DNA from: Planctomycetota bacterium | Lineage (GTDB): Bacteria > Planctomycetota > Brocadiia > JAADGH01 | Reading direction: 5' to 3' | DNA: 64,000 nt | Assembly: GCA_040755855.1 (NCBI GenBank) | Contig: JBFMAD010000005.1 | Coordinates: forward strand, 160,001-224,000 | Part shown: positions 55,293-64,000 of the stretch, one piece after another | Layout: each line of letters starts with the position of its first letter | Numbering within the stretch: position 1 is the stretch's first letter | The notes under the pieces: model-generated | Seen by the model: the letters and a program-made list of their open reading frames with translations, nothing else | What the model was told of the DNA's origin: nothing | Databases searched by the model: none | Made by a program: the position numbers and the translations under genes

Positions 55293-56060
55293 TCACACGA
55301 CCGCGGCGATGGCCTCGTGTACTATGCCCCGGACTGCAACATAGGCTGAGTTGCCCGCCGTCAGTCCAAACACGGAACCGCCCGCCGCCATTACGTCAAA
55401 AACCTCACTATCATACGGTATCTCCGCCGCAACCTCAAGAGGCAATTCCCTTAGCTTTTCCCGCACGCGATCCGACAACCCGGTGGGATGGACGCGCGTC
55501 AGGACCAACCGTCTCTCGCGCACAATGATGGGCAGCGAATCGGAAATGGCCAGGATGCGTTTTGCCGCCTCCACCGCCGCCGCCGTCGGCTCCGCGACCA
55601 CGGCGAGGACGTCCACATCGTTTGTGGTCCTGCGGGATAGATGTTCCATGCCCGCCTCGTTGTCAATCACCACGAACCGATAATCCGCGGTCGTCCGGTC
55701 CAGAAACCCGCGCAGCAGATGATTCACGTAGCAGTAACACTTCGGTCCCTCCGGCCGGCCCATCGTGATCAGGTCGAACTTCGGCGTCTCGATCACCGCC
55801 TGTTGGATCCGATACTCCAGTTCCCGGTCCTTCGACATCCCCGGGGAAAGGCTCGCAGCGATCTGCGACGCGCCCTCCCGAATCTCGGCGATGGTCTGCC
55901 CCGGCGCAATGCCCAGGAGCTGCCCCAGATTGCTGTTCGGATCGGCGTCCACGGCTAGGATGCTTCCGCCGACCTCATCGGCCAGATAACGCACGGCGAG
56001 GGCGGAGAACGTCGTTTTTCCTGTGCCCCCCTTTCCCGAAAGGGCGATTGTAAACGCCAT
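55293..56060 (-). CDS. cooC: CooC/AcsF-type nickel-insertion ATPase
   Basis: GKGGTGKTT, VDADPNSNL, MGRPEGPKCYC, DNEAGMEHLSR; start at MAFTIAL (GAGAGG SD). Confidence 0.93.
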   Translation of the reverse strand: MAFTIALSGKGGTGKTTFSALAVRYLADEVGGSILAVDADPNSNLGQLLGIAPGQTIAEIREGASQIAASLSPGMSKDRELEYRIQQAVIETPKFDLITMGRPEGPKCYCYVNHLLRGFLDRTTADYRFVVIDNEAGMEHLSRRTTNDVDVLAVVAEPTAAAVEAAKRILAISDSLPIIVRERRLVLTRVHPTGLSDRVREKLRELPLEVAAEIPYDSEVFDVMAAGGSVFGLTAGNSAYVAVRGIVHEAIAAVV

Positions 56061-56089
56061 GATGTCGCACCTCTCCGGCTCGTCCGGCC

Positions 56090-58105
56090 TCATCGCGGGA
56101 CCGGCGCCGCCGGTTTCTTGTCCTCCTCGGGCTGGGCGGCCGGGGGAGGGGGTGTAAACACTTTGAAGCTGCCGACAATTTGCTCAAACCCCTGAGATCG
56201 GGCGTCGTATACCTCCATCGGTGCGACGCACATGATTACGTAAGTCCGCATCGCCGTGGGCAATACGACCTGACGAGCCTTCACCGCCCGCTCGTCTTTG
56301 ACGCCCGTGAACAGGAGTTCATATGCCTGGATGTCGTTGATCGGCCTGCGACCGGACTGGATCTTCTTGAACTGCTGGAACTGCAGGCCGTACATTCCCT
56401 CCAACATGGGCATCCACATCTCGAGCGGCTCCATCCCGAATGGAAAACTGACGACTGTTACGATGGCCGAGGCGTCCTTATCGGTTATGGCCACGGCGAG
56501 CATGGGCACCGGCAGGTCCGTGGCGAACGACCACCCCGGCGGATGTGAAATCTCGAAGCCCTGCGCCGACTCGATGAAGCGTCGCCCGACGATGCGTCCC
56601 GCGGACTTCTGGGACCCGGCGAACTGCTGCGTCATCGTCCTTAGGTCCTGGCCCTTCATGCCGAGCTGTTTGGCCACGTCATCATAGGCCTTGTCAACGG
56701 TCTTCTCGTCAACCTTCAACCGAACTTGTTCCTGGGCGGGTTCCTCATCGGGAACTTTCTGAACCGCTGCACGCGGCGCCTCGATGCGGGCCTCCTTGAA
56801 GGGCGTTGCGGACCGCTCCGCGCCCCAGGCCGCCTCGCGCAGGAGGTGGGCCTTGCCCGCGGGAAATCCGTCCAGCACAAGCACGTCGCATCCCTTGCGT
56901 TGAATCAGGGCATATCCCTGTTTGGGGACCTGCCACGTCCAGAGCGTCAGCACATCCGACTCGATCAACCTCGCATCGGGATGCTTCTTGGCGAGTATGG
57001 TCCTGCCGACGTCGAAGAACTCGGTGGCGTCCTTCTCCGTGTCCCATGTGGAGAGCCAGGCGATGAACACCTGCCCCGTATTGGCTCGCTCGTATGCGGC
57101 ATATTGATCGCCATCCCAGCCCGATGCCGCCACACCTGCGATGGGGGCGAGGTCGAAGGTCTCGCAAAGGACCTGAATATTCAACTCGCCCAGAACGTTG
57201 GCAATGACATACTTCCACTCTGGTCCGAGGATCGGCGCCAGATCGGGCAATCGAATGAAAACCGGATCGTCCCGCTCCGTGGAGTATTTCTCCGGATGGA
57301 GAATCTGCTCGCTGGAGGTGGGGGGGGAGCGGAACGCCTCGTTCAGTTTCTCCATGCCGCCGAAACGCTTCAAATGGTTCACGAAGGCAAGGCCATTGCT
57401 ATAGGGAAAGAGGAGATTGCGCTGCAGGTAGAGGGGGGCCTTCTTGAACGATTCGGTTTCCTTCGCGCCCACATCGGCGAGCCTGGCCAGTTCGGCCATG
57501 TCCTCCGCGTTTCGGAGCATCACCTCCTGGACATAGCGATACATCACCTCTGTCGCGTCGCCCTCTATCACGGCGAGGGAGGCGATGGCGAGATCGTCGC
57601 TTACCTTATCTTCTATCGCCATGCGGGCCAGGTTGAAATTCTGATCCTGCAGGCTGTGCGTCATCTCGTGGGAGAGGGCGACGCTCTGAAATCCGCGGGA
57701 CATATCGCGCATCAGGAAGAGCTGCTTGCGCTTGTGGTCGTAAAACCCGCCGATATTGGCCGTCAGAAAATCAACGAGCGTCTTCTCCAGTTTCGTCCCC
57801 TTGGGCAGGAGGCCGAAGTGAATCAGCGCCTTTTCGAAGGCCGCAAGCCGCTCGGGGGGCATGTCCTCGTGCATCTGTTTGATGATGAAGTCGCGGAGCG
57901 CCTCCCGGCTCTTGATCCCCTTTTCAACAGGCTTCTGGAACTTCAGCTCTCGCAGCCGTTCCACGTCCGCAGTCATTCGCTCGGTCAGTTGGCGGAGCTC
58001 AGCGTCGGTGAAGTGACGTTCCGCCGGGGGCTTTTCCTGGGCAAGGGAAAGAAACGAGAAGGCCGTGACGACTACGGCAGCAAATGCAACGGCGCGCCTT
58101 TTCAT
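56090..58105 (-). CDS. Exported zinc metallopeptidase-like protein with a C-terminal PsbP/DcrB-like domain
   Basis: Signal peptide MKRRAVAFAAVVVTAFSFLSLA; GFYD, HEMTHSLQDQNF, IEGDA, FPYSNG, PPTSSEQILHPEKY, GWDGD; ATG overlaps the acsV stop (ATGA). Confidence 0.8.
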   Translation of the reverse strand: MKRRAVAFAAVVVTAFSFLSLAQEKPPAERHFTDAELRQLTERMTADVERLRELKFQKPVEKGIKSREALRDFIIKQMHEDMPPERLAAFEKALIHFGLLPKGTKLEKTLVDFLTANIGGFYDHKRKQLFLMRDMSRGFQSVALSHEMTHSLQDQNFNLARMAIEDKVSDDLAIASLAVIEGDATEVMYRYVQEVMLRNAEDMAELARLADVGAKETESFKKAPLYLQRNLLFPYSNGLAFVNHLKRFGGMEKLNEAFRSPPTSSEQILHPEKYSTERDDPVFIRLPDLAPILGPEWKYVIANVLGELNIQVLCETFDLAPIAGVAASGWDGDQYAAYERANTGQVFIAWLSTWDTEKDATEFFDVGRTILAKKHPDARLIESDVLTLWTWQVPKQGYALIQRKGCDVLVLDGFPAGKAHLLREAAWGAERSATPFKEARIEAPRAAVQKVPDEEPAQEQVRLKVDEKTVDKAYDDVAKQLGMKGQDLRTMTQQFAGSQKSAGRIVGRRFIESAQGFEISHPPGWSFATDLPVPMLAVAITDKDASAIVTVVSFPFGMEPLEMWMPMLEGMYGLQFQQFKKIQSGRRPINDIQAYELLFTGVKDERAVKARQVVLPTAMRTYVIMCVAPMEVYDARSQGFEQIVGSFKVFTPPPPAAQPEEDKKPAAPVPR

Positions 58106-60051
58106 AACCGTTCTCCTCGCGTGCAGGCCATCAGCTCGCGCTCCACCGATGGGAACTGCTCGATCTTGGTGTGGGGCAGGAAAGAGGCCGACACGAACTC
58201 CTCCATGAAACGATTGTTGCCCATGAGGTCGAGGTAGGTCATCTGGCGGGCGATCTTTTCGATCGTCTCGAATGCCTCGTTCGAGAGTAGGGCCATCTTG
58301 GCCCCGGTCGCCGCCGTGTTGCCGACGAAGCGGATGTGCTCCGTCGGGATGTCGGGCAACATGCCGATGCGGATCGCGTTGCGCACGTTCAGGTAATTCC
58401 CGAAGCCGCCGGCGAGATAGACCTGGTTGATCTGATCCACGCTCATATTGATGGATTCGAGCTGAACTGCCAGGGCGGCATAGACCGCCGCCTTCGACCG
58501 GATCAGGTGCTCGATGTCGTGCTGCGTGATTACGATGTCGGAATCGGTCCCGCTGTCCTTCCTGGGGACGATGAGGTATTCCCACACGCCGTCGCGCTGC
58601 CGCACTCGGCGGCTGCTGGACTCGCTGGAAATGGCGCCGGAGCGGTCAATGACGCCGGCGCAGAGCATTTCGGCGATGCAGTCGAGCAGCCCCGAACCGC
58701 AGAGGCCCTTGGGTTTGCGGTTGCCGATGGTTTGATACTCCACCTCGTCGCCGGGCAGGATGCGGAGGGCTTCTATCGCCCCCGCTGCCGCCCGCATCCC
58801 GTGCGTCACGCCCTGCCCCTCGAAGGCCGGGCCGGCGGACGCCGAGCAGCAGATCATCCAGTCCTTGTTGCCGAGGACCACCTCGCCGTTTGTGCCGATG
58901 TCAATGAAGAGGCATGTCTGCTCTGCCTGGTCGAGGCGGATGGCGGCGGCGCCGGCGGTGATGTCGCTGCCGACATAGGCGGCGACGCTCGGCAGGCAAT
59001 AGAGAAGGCCGCGGTAATTGATTCGGATACCCACCTCGGCGGCGCGGATCGGCGGCACGAAGTTGGCTGTCGGGATGTACGGCTCGCATCGGATTCGGGT
59101 CGAATCAAGCCCGAGCAGGAAATGGATCATGGCCGTATTGCCGGCGCAGACGATGGCGGTAATGTCGCCGATATGGACCTTCTTTTCCTCGACGAACGCC
59201 TGGATCAGCTCGTTGATGTCGTCCACGATCGTCTGCTGCATAACGTCAAAGGCGTTGTTCTGCGCGGCGTACATGATGCGTTTGATGTAGTCCTCGCCGA
59301 AGCGCGCCTGGGAGTTGTACTTGGCGTGCGAGTCAATGGCCTGCGACGTCTCGAGGTCAACGAGGTAGGCGACGACGGTGGTGGTGCCGATGTCCACGGC
59401 GACGCCGAAATTGCGCTGGCTGGTGTCGCCGGCTTCAATCTGCACCATCTCGGCGATGCTTCGGCGGCGTGCGATGGTGGCCGTTATCTTCCAATCGTTT
59501 TCCCGCAGGATGGTCGGCATCCGACGGAGGATTTGATACCCCGTCTGCATCTCGATGTTGCCCTCGATCCGGCGGATGGCCTCATAAACGCGCTCATGGT
59601 CGGCGGTCGGGTCCTGCATGGTCGGGGGGGCGAGCTCGAGGTATACCTTTTTAATAAGCGGGTCGTGGCGAAAGAACAGGTCCTCTCGCGTAACCGAGAC
59701 CAGTGCTCCGAATCGCTCGCCGTCTTCATCGAGGAGTATCTTGCCTCCCTCGACGCGCGTTTCCTCCGGGACGAGGACGTGGAGGTCGCTTTCGATCTTG
59801 GCCATACATGCGAGGACGTAATTCTTCTGCACTTCCTCGCGGGTGAGCAGGGCGGTGGGCTCGGAGGATATTTCGCCTCTTTGAACGATGACCTTGCACT
59901 TCCCACAGATGCCGTCGCCGCCGCAGATGCTGTTGATATAGACCTTGGCCTTCTGTGCGGCGGCCAGGATCGTCTCGCCCCTGGGGATCTCCACCTGCAC
60001 ATCATCGGGCAGAAAACGTACTTTGCACATGCCGCCGGCGGAGTCGGTCAT
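58102..60051 (-). CDS. acsV: Reductive activator of corrinoid protein (2Fe-2S + ASKHA/DUF4445; RACo)
   Basis: CGGDGICGKC...LAC, AVDIGTTT, AGNTAM, IDIGTNGE, SAGPAFEG, GLCGSG, LAGGFG. Confidence 0.93.
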   Translation of the reverse strand: MTDSAGGMCKVRFLPDDVQVEIPRGETILAAAQKAKVYINSICGGDGICGKCKVIVQRGEISSEPTALLTREEVQKNYVLACMAKIESDLHVLVPEETRVEGGKILLDEDGERFGALVSVTREDLFFRHDPLIKKVYLELAPPTMQDPTADHERVYEAIRRIEGNIEMQTGYQILRRMPTILRENDWKITATIARRRSIAEMVQIEAGDTSQRNFGVAVDIGTTTVVAYLVDLETSQAIDSHAKYNSQARFGEDYIKRIMYAAQNNAFDVMQQTIVDDINELIQAFVEEKKVHIGDITAIVCAGNTAMIHFLLGLDSTRIRCEPYIPTANFVPPIRAAEVGIRINYRGLLYCLPSVAAYVGSDITAGAAAIRLDQAEQTCLFIDIGTNGEVVLGNKDWMICCSASAGPAFEGQGVTHGMRAAAGAIEALRILPGDEVEYQTIGNRKPKGLCGSGLLDCIAEMLCAGVIDRSGAISSESSSRRVRQRDGVWEYLIVPRKDSGTDSDIVITQHDIEHLIRSKAAVYAALAVQLESINMSVDQINQVYLAGGFGNYLNVRNAIRIGMLPDIPTEHIRFVGNTAATGAKMALLSNEAFETIEKIARQMTYLDLMGNNRFMEEFVSASFLPHTKIEQFPSVERELMACTRGERL

Positions 60052-60063
60052 TGCTTTTGTTTC

Positions 60064-60120
60064 AATCCACAGTCCCGCAGTGGCAGCGCCCATTGCCCCG
60101 CAGGAATGATGCCGCGGATT
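60064..60120 (-). other. Long intercistronic mRNA stem-loop between acsC and acsV
   Basis: 9+8+4 bp nested helices; all four stem mismatches are G-U on the minus (mRNA) strand. Confidence 0.6.
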
Positions 60121-60132
60121 CTTTCTGTTCTC

Positions 60133-61464
60133 TTACGTCCACACCTGCTTCAGGTAGGCCGGAATGACGGAGGATTCCTTTGGACCGACCATGATCTGCC
60201 AGCCCGTTTCCTCCTCCAGCTTGCCTGACATGACGGCCACATGGCCGGGTATGATAAGCTTCCGATGCTTGACAACCTGGTCGAGTTTTGCGTTTTGCAT
60301 GGCCTTGTGGACGACTTTTTCGTTCAGCTTGTCGCCGGAGTAGGCCGTGAGGACGGAGGTGCCCTCTGTGTCAACGGCTAAGATATAACTCGGTATCCGG
60401 CTCGCCTCTACGTCGCTCTCTACGCTGAAGTAGGTCAACGAGAAGTTCGTCGTGAACATCACGGGGGAGTTCTCGTTCACATCGCCGATGGAGTAGAGCT
60501 TCGGCTCCACCTGGATCGGCTTCTGGGGATCGGTGTAGATGTTCATCCGGGCCGTGAGGATGGGAAGGATTTGCCAGGGCTCAGTCACATTCACGACCAC
60601 GATCCCTGCGTACTTGAGCACAAAGGTGCTCGCCTCCAACGTCTGCTGGTAGGGATCGTCCGTCTGGACAAACGCAATTGCCGGATAGCCAAGCGGCCTG
60701 AAGGTCTTCTTGAGGGCGGCGCGGCGCGCCTTGGTGAGCTTCTGCAGGGCCGACTTCAGGTCGCCGCTCAGGTCAATGACGATGTCCTCCACCCCGGCGG
60801 CCTTTGCCTTCTCGGTCAGATCGGCGATCTCCTCGAGCGATCCGGCCTTGACGGCGATGGGGCACTTGGCCTCCTTGGCCAGCTTGGCCATGGCGTCAAC
60901 GTTTTGCGCCGTGGCGGCATGGAGGAGCGGGCGCTGCGCTCCCACCTCGGCGATGGCGGCCTTGATGTTCGCCGCGTTATCGCTGGAGAGGATTAGAAGC
61001 ATTTCCGCGCCCGCCGCGGTCTTGGCGGCCTTGGCAAAGGCATCGGCCTTGCCGCTCTTGTTCATCACGGCGATGAGGTTCACGGCGATGTCCGTTCCCA
61101 CGCGGGTGAACTTCAGATTCTTGATGCGTTCGATGCGCTCCTTTAGGGCCTCGTCGGCCAGGTCGTCGGCGACTGTCACTGCGACGCCGCAGGGCCGGTG
61201 GAACTTTTCGTCATGCCTGAAGAGCTGGGTTTCCTGGCCGATGCTGAGCTTCTTCGCGTCGGGGCCGATGTCCACCAGGCGGATAGGAGGCGCGGCGGCG
61301 CCGGCGAGTTTTTCCTTTGCCTCCGCGCTGATGTCAGGGCACTTGTCGAGTTCGATCTTCTTTTGCGCCAGATTCATGGCGAAGGCAAGGCAGGTCGGCT
61401 GCCCGCACTTCTTGCAGTTTGTTTTGGGCAACAACTTGAAGATGTCAAGGCCAGTCAGTCCCAT
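60133..61464 (-). CDS. acsC: Corrinoid/Fe-S protein large (gamma) subunit
   Basis: LPKTNCKKCGQPTCLAFAM...CP, NIYTDPQKP, TTNFSLTYF, GTSVLTA. Confidence 0.97.
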   Translation of the reverse strand: MGLTGLDIFKLLPKTNCKKCGQPTCLAFAMNLAQKKIELDKCPDISAEAKEKLAGAAAPPIRLVDIGPDAKKLSIGQETQLFRHDEKFHRPCGVAVTVADDLADEALKERIERIKNLKFTRVGTDIAVNLIAVMNKSGKADAFAKAAKTAAGAEMLLILSSDNAANIKAAIAEVGAQRPLLHAATAQNVDAMAKLAKEAKCPIAVKAGSLEEIADLTEKAKAAGVEDIVIDLSGDLKSALQKLTKARRAALKKTFRPLGYPAIAFVQTDDPYQQTLEASTFVLKYAGIVVVNVTEPWQILPILTARMNIYTDPQKPIQVEPKLYSIGDVNENSPVMFTTNFSLTYFSVESDVEASRIPSYILAVDTEGTSVLTAYSGDKLNEKVVHKAMQNAKLDQVVKHRKLIIPGHVAVMSGKLEEETGWQIMVGPKESSVIPAYLKQVWT

Positions 61465-61500
61465 AAAACCACCTCCTTGAAACAGAAAGCCGACGTATGG

Positions 61501-62097
61501 TCAAAGTTCGTCGGCGGTTGTAATTATCTTGTTGATGAGTCCATACGTCAGGGCTTCCTGGGCGGACATCCAATAGTTGCGTTTTGTGTCGTTCTCCACC
61601 TTCGTGATGTCCTGCCCCGTCTCCCGGGCGATCAACTGGTTGATCTTGGTGCGGAACTTCAGGATTTCCGATGCCTCGATCTCGATGTCTGCCGCGGCGC
61701 CGCGCACGGACGTCGAGGGCTGGTGGATCAGCAGGCGGGCGTTCGGCAGGGCGTACCGATGGCCTTTCTCGCCCGCCAGCAGGACGATCACCGCCGCGCT
61801 TGCCGTGAGGCCGGCGCAGATCGTCTGCACCGTGGGCTTGACGAAATGGATCATGTCATAGATGGCGAATCCCGCGTCCGCGTCGCCGCCGGGCGAGTTG
61901 ATGATCATTCGGATCTTCTCGTTCGGGTCATCCGCTTCGAGGATCATGAGCTGGGTGATCACCTTTCGGGCGAGGTCCTTGTCAAAGTCGTCGGCGAGGA
62001 CGATCGTCCGTGTCTTTAACATCCGAAGGAACAGGCCCTCGTCGCCCTCCTTCTTTGCGTCCTCGTCGTTCTTCTTGGCTAACTGATCTAAATCCAT
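61501..62097 (-). CDS. clpP: ATP-dependent Clp protease proteolytic subunit (Ser-His-Asn variant)
   Basis: INSPGG, AIYDMI, GLTASAA, LPNARLLIHQP, DTKRNYWMSAQEA..YGL. Confidence 0.92.
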   Translation of the reverse strand: MDLDQLAKKNDEDAKKEGDEGLFLRMLKTRTIVLADDFDKDLARKVITQLMILEADDPNEKIRMIINSPGGDADAGFAIYDMIHFVKPTVQTICAGLTASAAVIVLLAGEKGHRYALPNARLLIHQPSTSVRGAAADIEIEASEILKFRTKINQLIARETGQDITKVENDTKRNYWMSAQEALTYGLINKIITTADEL

Positions 62098-62115
62098 GTC
62101 CCTCGTCTTGGCTCC

Positions 62116-64000
62116 TTAGAACATCGGGTCCATAGTTAACGCCGGGTGATTGACCTTCGCGCAGAAGGCGGCCACCTCTTCCTCGGTGGACCCCACAGTC
62201 TCATCCGCGATCTTATTATAGAAATCCTCCAGGCCCAACTCCTTGGCCCGTTTCTCGATAAGGTCCTTCAACTCCTCTTTGAGCCGCTTGGGCAGCCAGC
62301 AGATTCGCGCCATGCCGCCGTCGGCGGATATGAACTTCTTGCTGCCGATGTACTGCTTGCTATGGCCGACGAACCCCGGCGTCTGCAATCCGCCGCCCAC
62401 GCTGCCCGCCAGCGTCGAGAACTTCATGCCGCACGGCGTCATCTCCGGATGGTCGCGGTCCACCGTCATAATCCCGTTGGCGCTCGGCAGCATAACGGAG
62501 ATGCACTCGAAGCAACCGCACGAGGTCATCGGGTCAATCATCATGCTGTAGGCGCTGAACTTTTCCAGCGTGCCGCGCGAGTTGGACTTCACAAATTCGT
62601 TGACCTTTTCCCACTGCCCCAACTTCGGGTCGAGGACGCGCCCCTTGTCCACCGGTTGGTTGGGGCCGGTGGGGGTGATTTCGTAGGCCGCGCGACCGTC
62701 CAGCCAGTTGTAGGCCCCGCACAGGCCCGGACGCTCCGGCGTGATGATGCATACGTGATTCGGCGCAAAGGACTGGCACAGCGTGCAGGAGTAATAGATG
62801 TCAACGGACTCGTCCGTCATGCCCGCCAGCCGTGCGTCGCGCTCATGGAAGACCTTCCGGGCCTCCTCGCGCAAGCGGACCACGTCCTCTTCCTTCGTAT
62901 AGATCTTCACCTGCACCTTGTCCACGATTGCCCCATACTCCTCGTGCAGCTTGGCATGGAGGATCACGCCGAAATGTCGTATTTTCAAGCCGGCCTTCTT
63001 GCCGTCTTTGCTGATCCGAATCCAGTTCACGTCGCGCTGGCCCATGTGAAAGATGCCCTGGGCCTCGTTGAGGAAGCGGTGAATCTGCCGCTCCAGAATC
63101 GGCTCGAAATCGCTCTGCATCTTGCGCCCGGCCACCTCCACAACGAGGCCGAGGGGCAGGCGGTCGCCTTCCTTGATATCGTCAATCTCGGGGCCGATCA
63201 CCTCCACGAGTCCGTCCTGCACCTGGTCGGTGGGTTTGCTCGTGGCGAATTCGAAGGCGGGGGTCTTGGTCCCGCCCATCTCGGTGAACATGTCCTCCTT
63301 GCGGATGCGCTCGCCCTCGAAGGCGGGGCCGAAGGGGACCGGAACGTCCACATGCGAGATCTTGATCTTGAGGCCGCGCACCTCGATGGCCTTCTCCACC
63401 AGATTCGGCGTGGGGATGTTGGAGACCACGTGCTCGTAGGTGCAAACGCCGGTGGGCAGGATCTCCGGAATATCGGTGTTCGCAATCGTCGGGAAGCCGT
63501 AGTTGATGGCCCCCGCCGCGTTGGCGTACTTCTCGTCGTCCACCTCGCCAAGGGCGAGGACGAAGGCGAAGATGCGGAGCTTGTTGTAGCGCAGGTTGCG
63601 GGCGAAGTCGCCCGCCTGGACGCCGCCGAAGGACAGGGCGGCGCGGGTGGCAAAACCGAGGGAGTAGATCGTGGCCTCAATGTGCTTTCCAAAGGGAACG
63701 AGCCGCGTTTCCCACCCCATCTGAACGCCTTCGGCGGCCAGTTGCTCAGCCATGGACTTGCCGTGTGTGTCGGCGGACATAAAGACATAGAGGCTCTTCT
63801 GCTGTAGTTCCCGCGCCAGGTTCACGGCCAGCTCATTCGTCTCACACGCGCCCACGCAGGCGGCAAAGCCGGGGGCGGTGCCGTCCACGAACTCGATGCC
63901 TCGTTCGCGCATGATGACATCGTCGGCGGCGCCGAGCCAGATGCCTTCCACGGGAGTTGGCCCGAGGGCGTATTTACAACCTTCGATAATTTCTTCTGCA
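62116..64000 (-). CDS. acsB: Acetyl-CoA synthase, bacterial-type ACS (5' part outside the window)
   Basis: A-cluster ligands CTLCQSFAPNHVC, GLCG, TSCGCFEC; the frame stays open to the window edge (AEEIIEGCKYALGPTPVEG...). Confidence 0.97.
   Translation of the reverse strand, partial: AEEIIEGCKYALGPTPVEGIWLGAADDVIMRERGIEFVDGTAPGFAACVGACETNELAVNLARELQQKSLYVFMSADTHGKSMAEQLAAEGVQMGWETRLVPFGKHIEATIYSLGFATRAALSFGGVQAGDFARNLRYNKLRIFAFVLALGEVDDEKYANAAGAINYGFPTIANTDIPEILPTGVCTYEHVVSNIPTPNLVEKAIEVRGLKIKISHVDVPVPFGPAFEGERIRKEDMFTEMGGTKTPAFEFATSKPTDQVQDGLVEVIGPEIDDIKEGDRLPLGLVVEVAGRKMQSDFEPILERQIHRFLNEAQGIFHMGQRDVNWIRISKDGKKAGLKIRHFGVILHAKLHEEYGAIVDKVQVKIYTKEEDVVRLREEARKVFHERDARLAGMTDESVDIYYSCTLCQSFAPNHVCIITPERPGLCGAYNWLDGRAAYEITPTGPNQPVDKGRVLDPKLGQWEKVNEFVKSNSRGTLEKFSAYSMMIDPMTSCGCFECISVMLPSANGIMTVDRDHPEMTPCGMKFSTLAGSVGGGLQTPGFVGHSKQYIGSKKFISADGGMARICWLPKRLKEELKDLIEKRAKELGLEDFYNKIADETVGSTEEEVAAFCAKVNHPALTMDPMF

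Noticed and set aside
58106..58585. Apparent 160-aa N-terminal extension of the peptidase ORF (track 56090..58585); similar over-long starts at 1862, 9579, 14155, 18530, 25579, 28000 and 43137
   Set aside because: The extensions overlap upstream genes or precede the recognisable N-terminus; better starts with SD or coupling lie downstream.

Overview
A GC-rich bacterial window, most likely from an anaerobic member of Planctomycetota (inferred from the RpoA start [11 protein letters not shown], the RpoC start ...YDKINDY and the S7/S3 styles). It has five blocks. (1) 1-28.7 kb (+): a continuous translation/transcription super-operon, rplK'-rplA-rplJ-rplL-rpoB-rpoC-rpsL-rpsG-fusA-tuf plus the S10/spc/alpha blocks. 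rplC (L3) and rpmD (L30) are missing from their usual slots. An Fe-S aldo/keto reductase follows. (2) 29.8-39.9 kb (-): a probable five-gene operon of exported or membrane-anchored proteins. It is headed by a 1459-aa single-pass protein (degenerate MshEN-like domain, poly-Glu, TM, 2x FGE/CLec domains, dead metallopeptidase), then an unknown exported protein, a WD40 propeller, a multidomain CBM/(alpha/alpha)-barrel protein and a probably truncated gene. (3) 40.2-49.1 kb (+): a complete V/A-type ATPase operon with a Na+-type 4-TM K subunit, headed by an AtpZ/'gene 1'-like ORF. (4) 49.2-53.3 kb: a DUF3604/PHP-like hydrolase with degenerate metal ligands, a membrane CxxCH protein, a membrane protein and a double zinc-ribbon protein. 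(5) 53.4-64 kb (-): a Wood-Ljungdahl acs cluster in Moorella-like order (acsB'-acsC-acsV-cooC-acsD-acsE). Two proteases are inserted in it: a ClpP with a Ser-His-Asn triad and an exported HEXXH metallopeptidase translationally coupled to acsV. I saw no rRNA, tRNA, CRISPR array or transposase. All calls come from reading motifs by eye; no database search was run.
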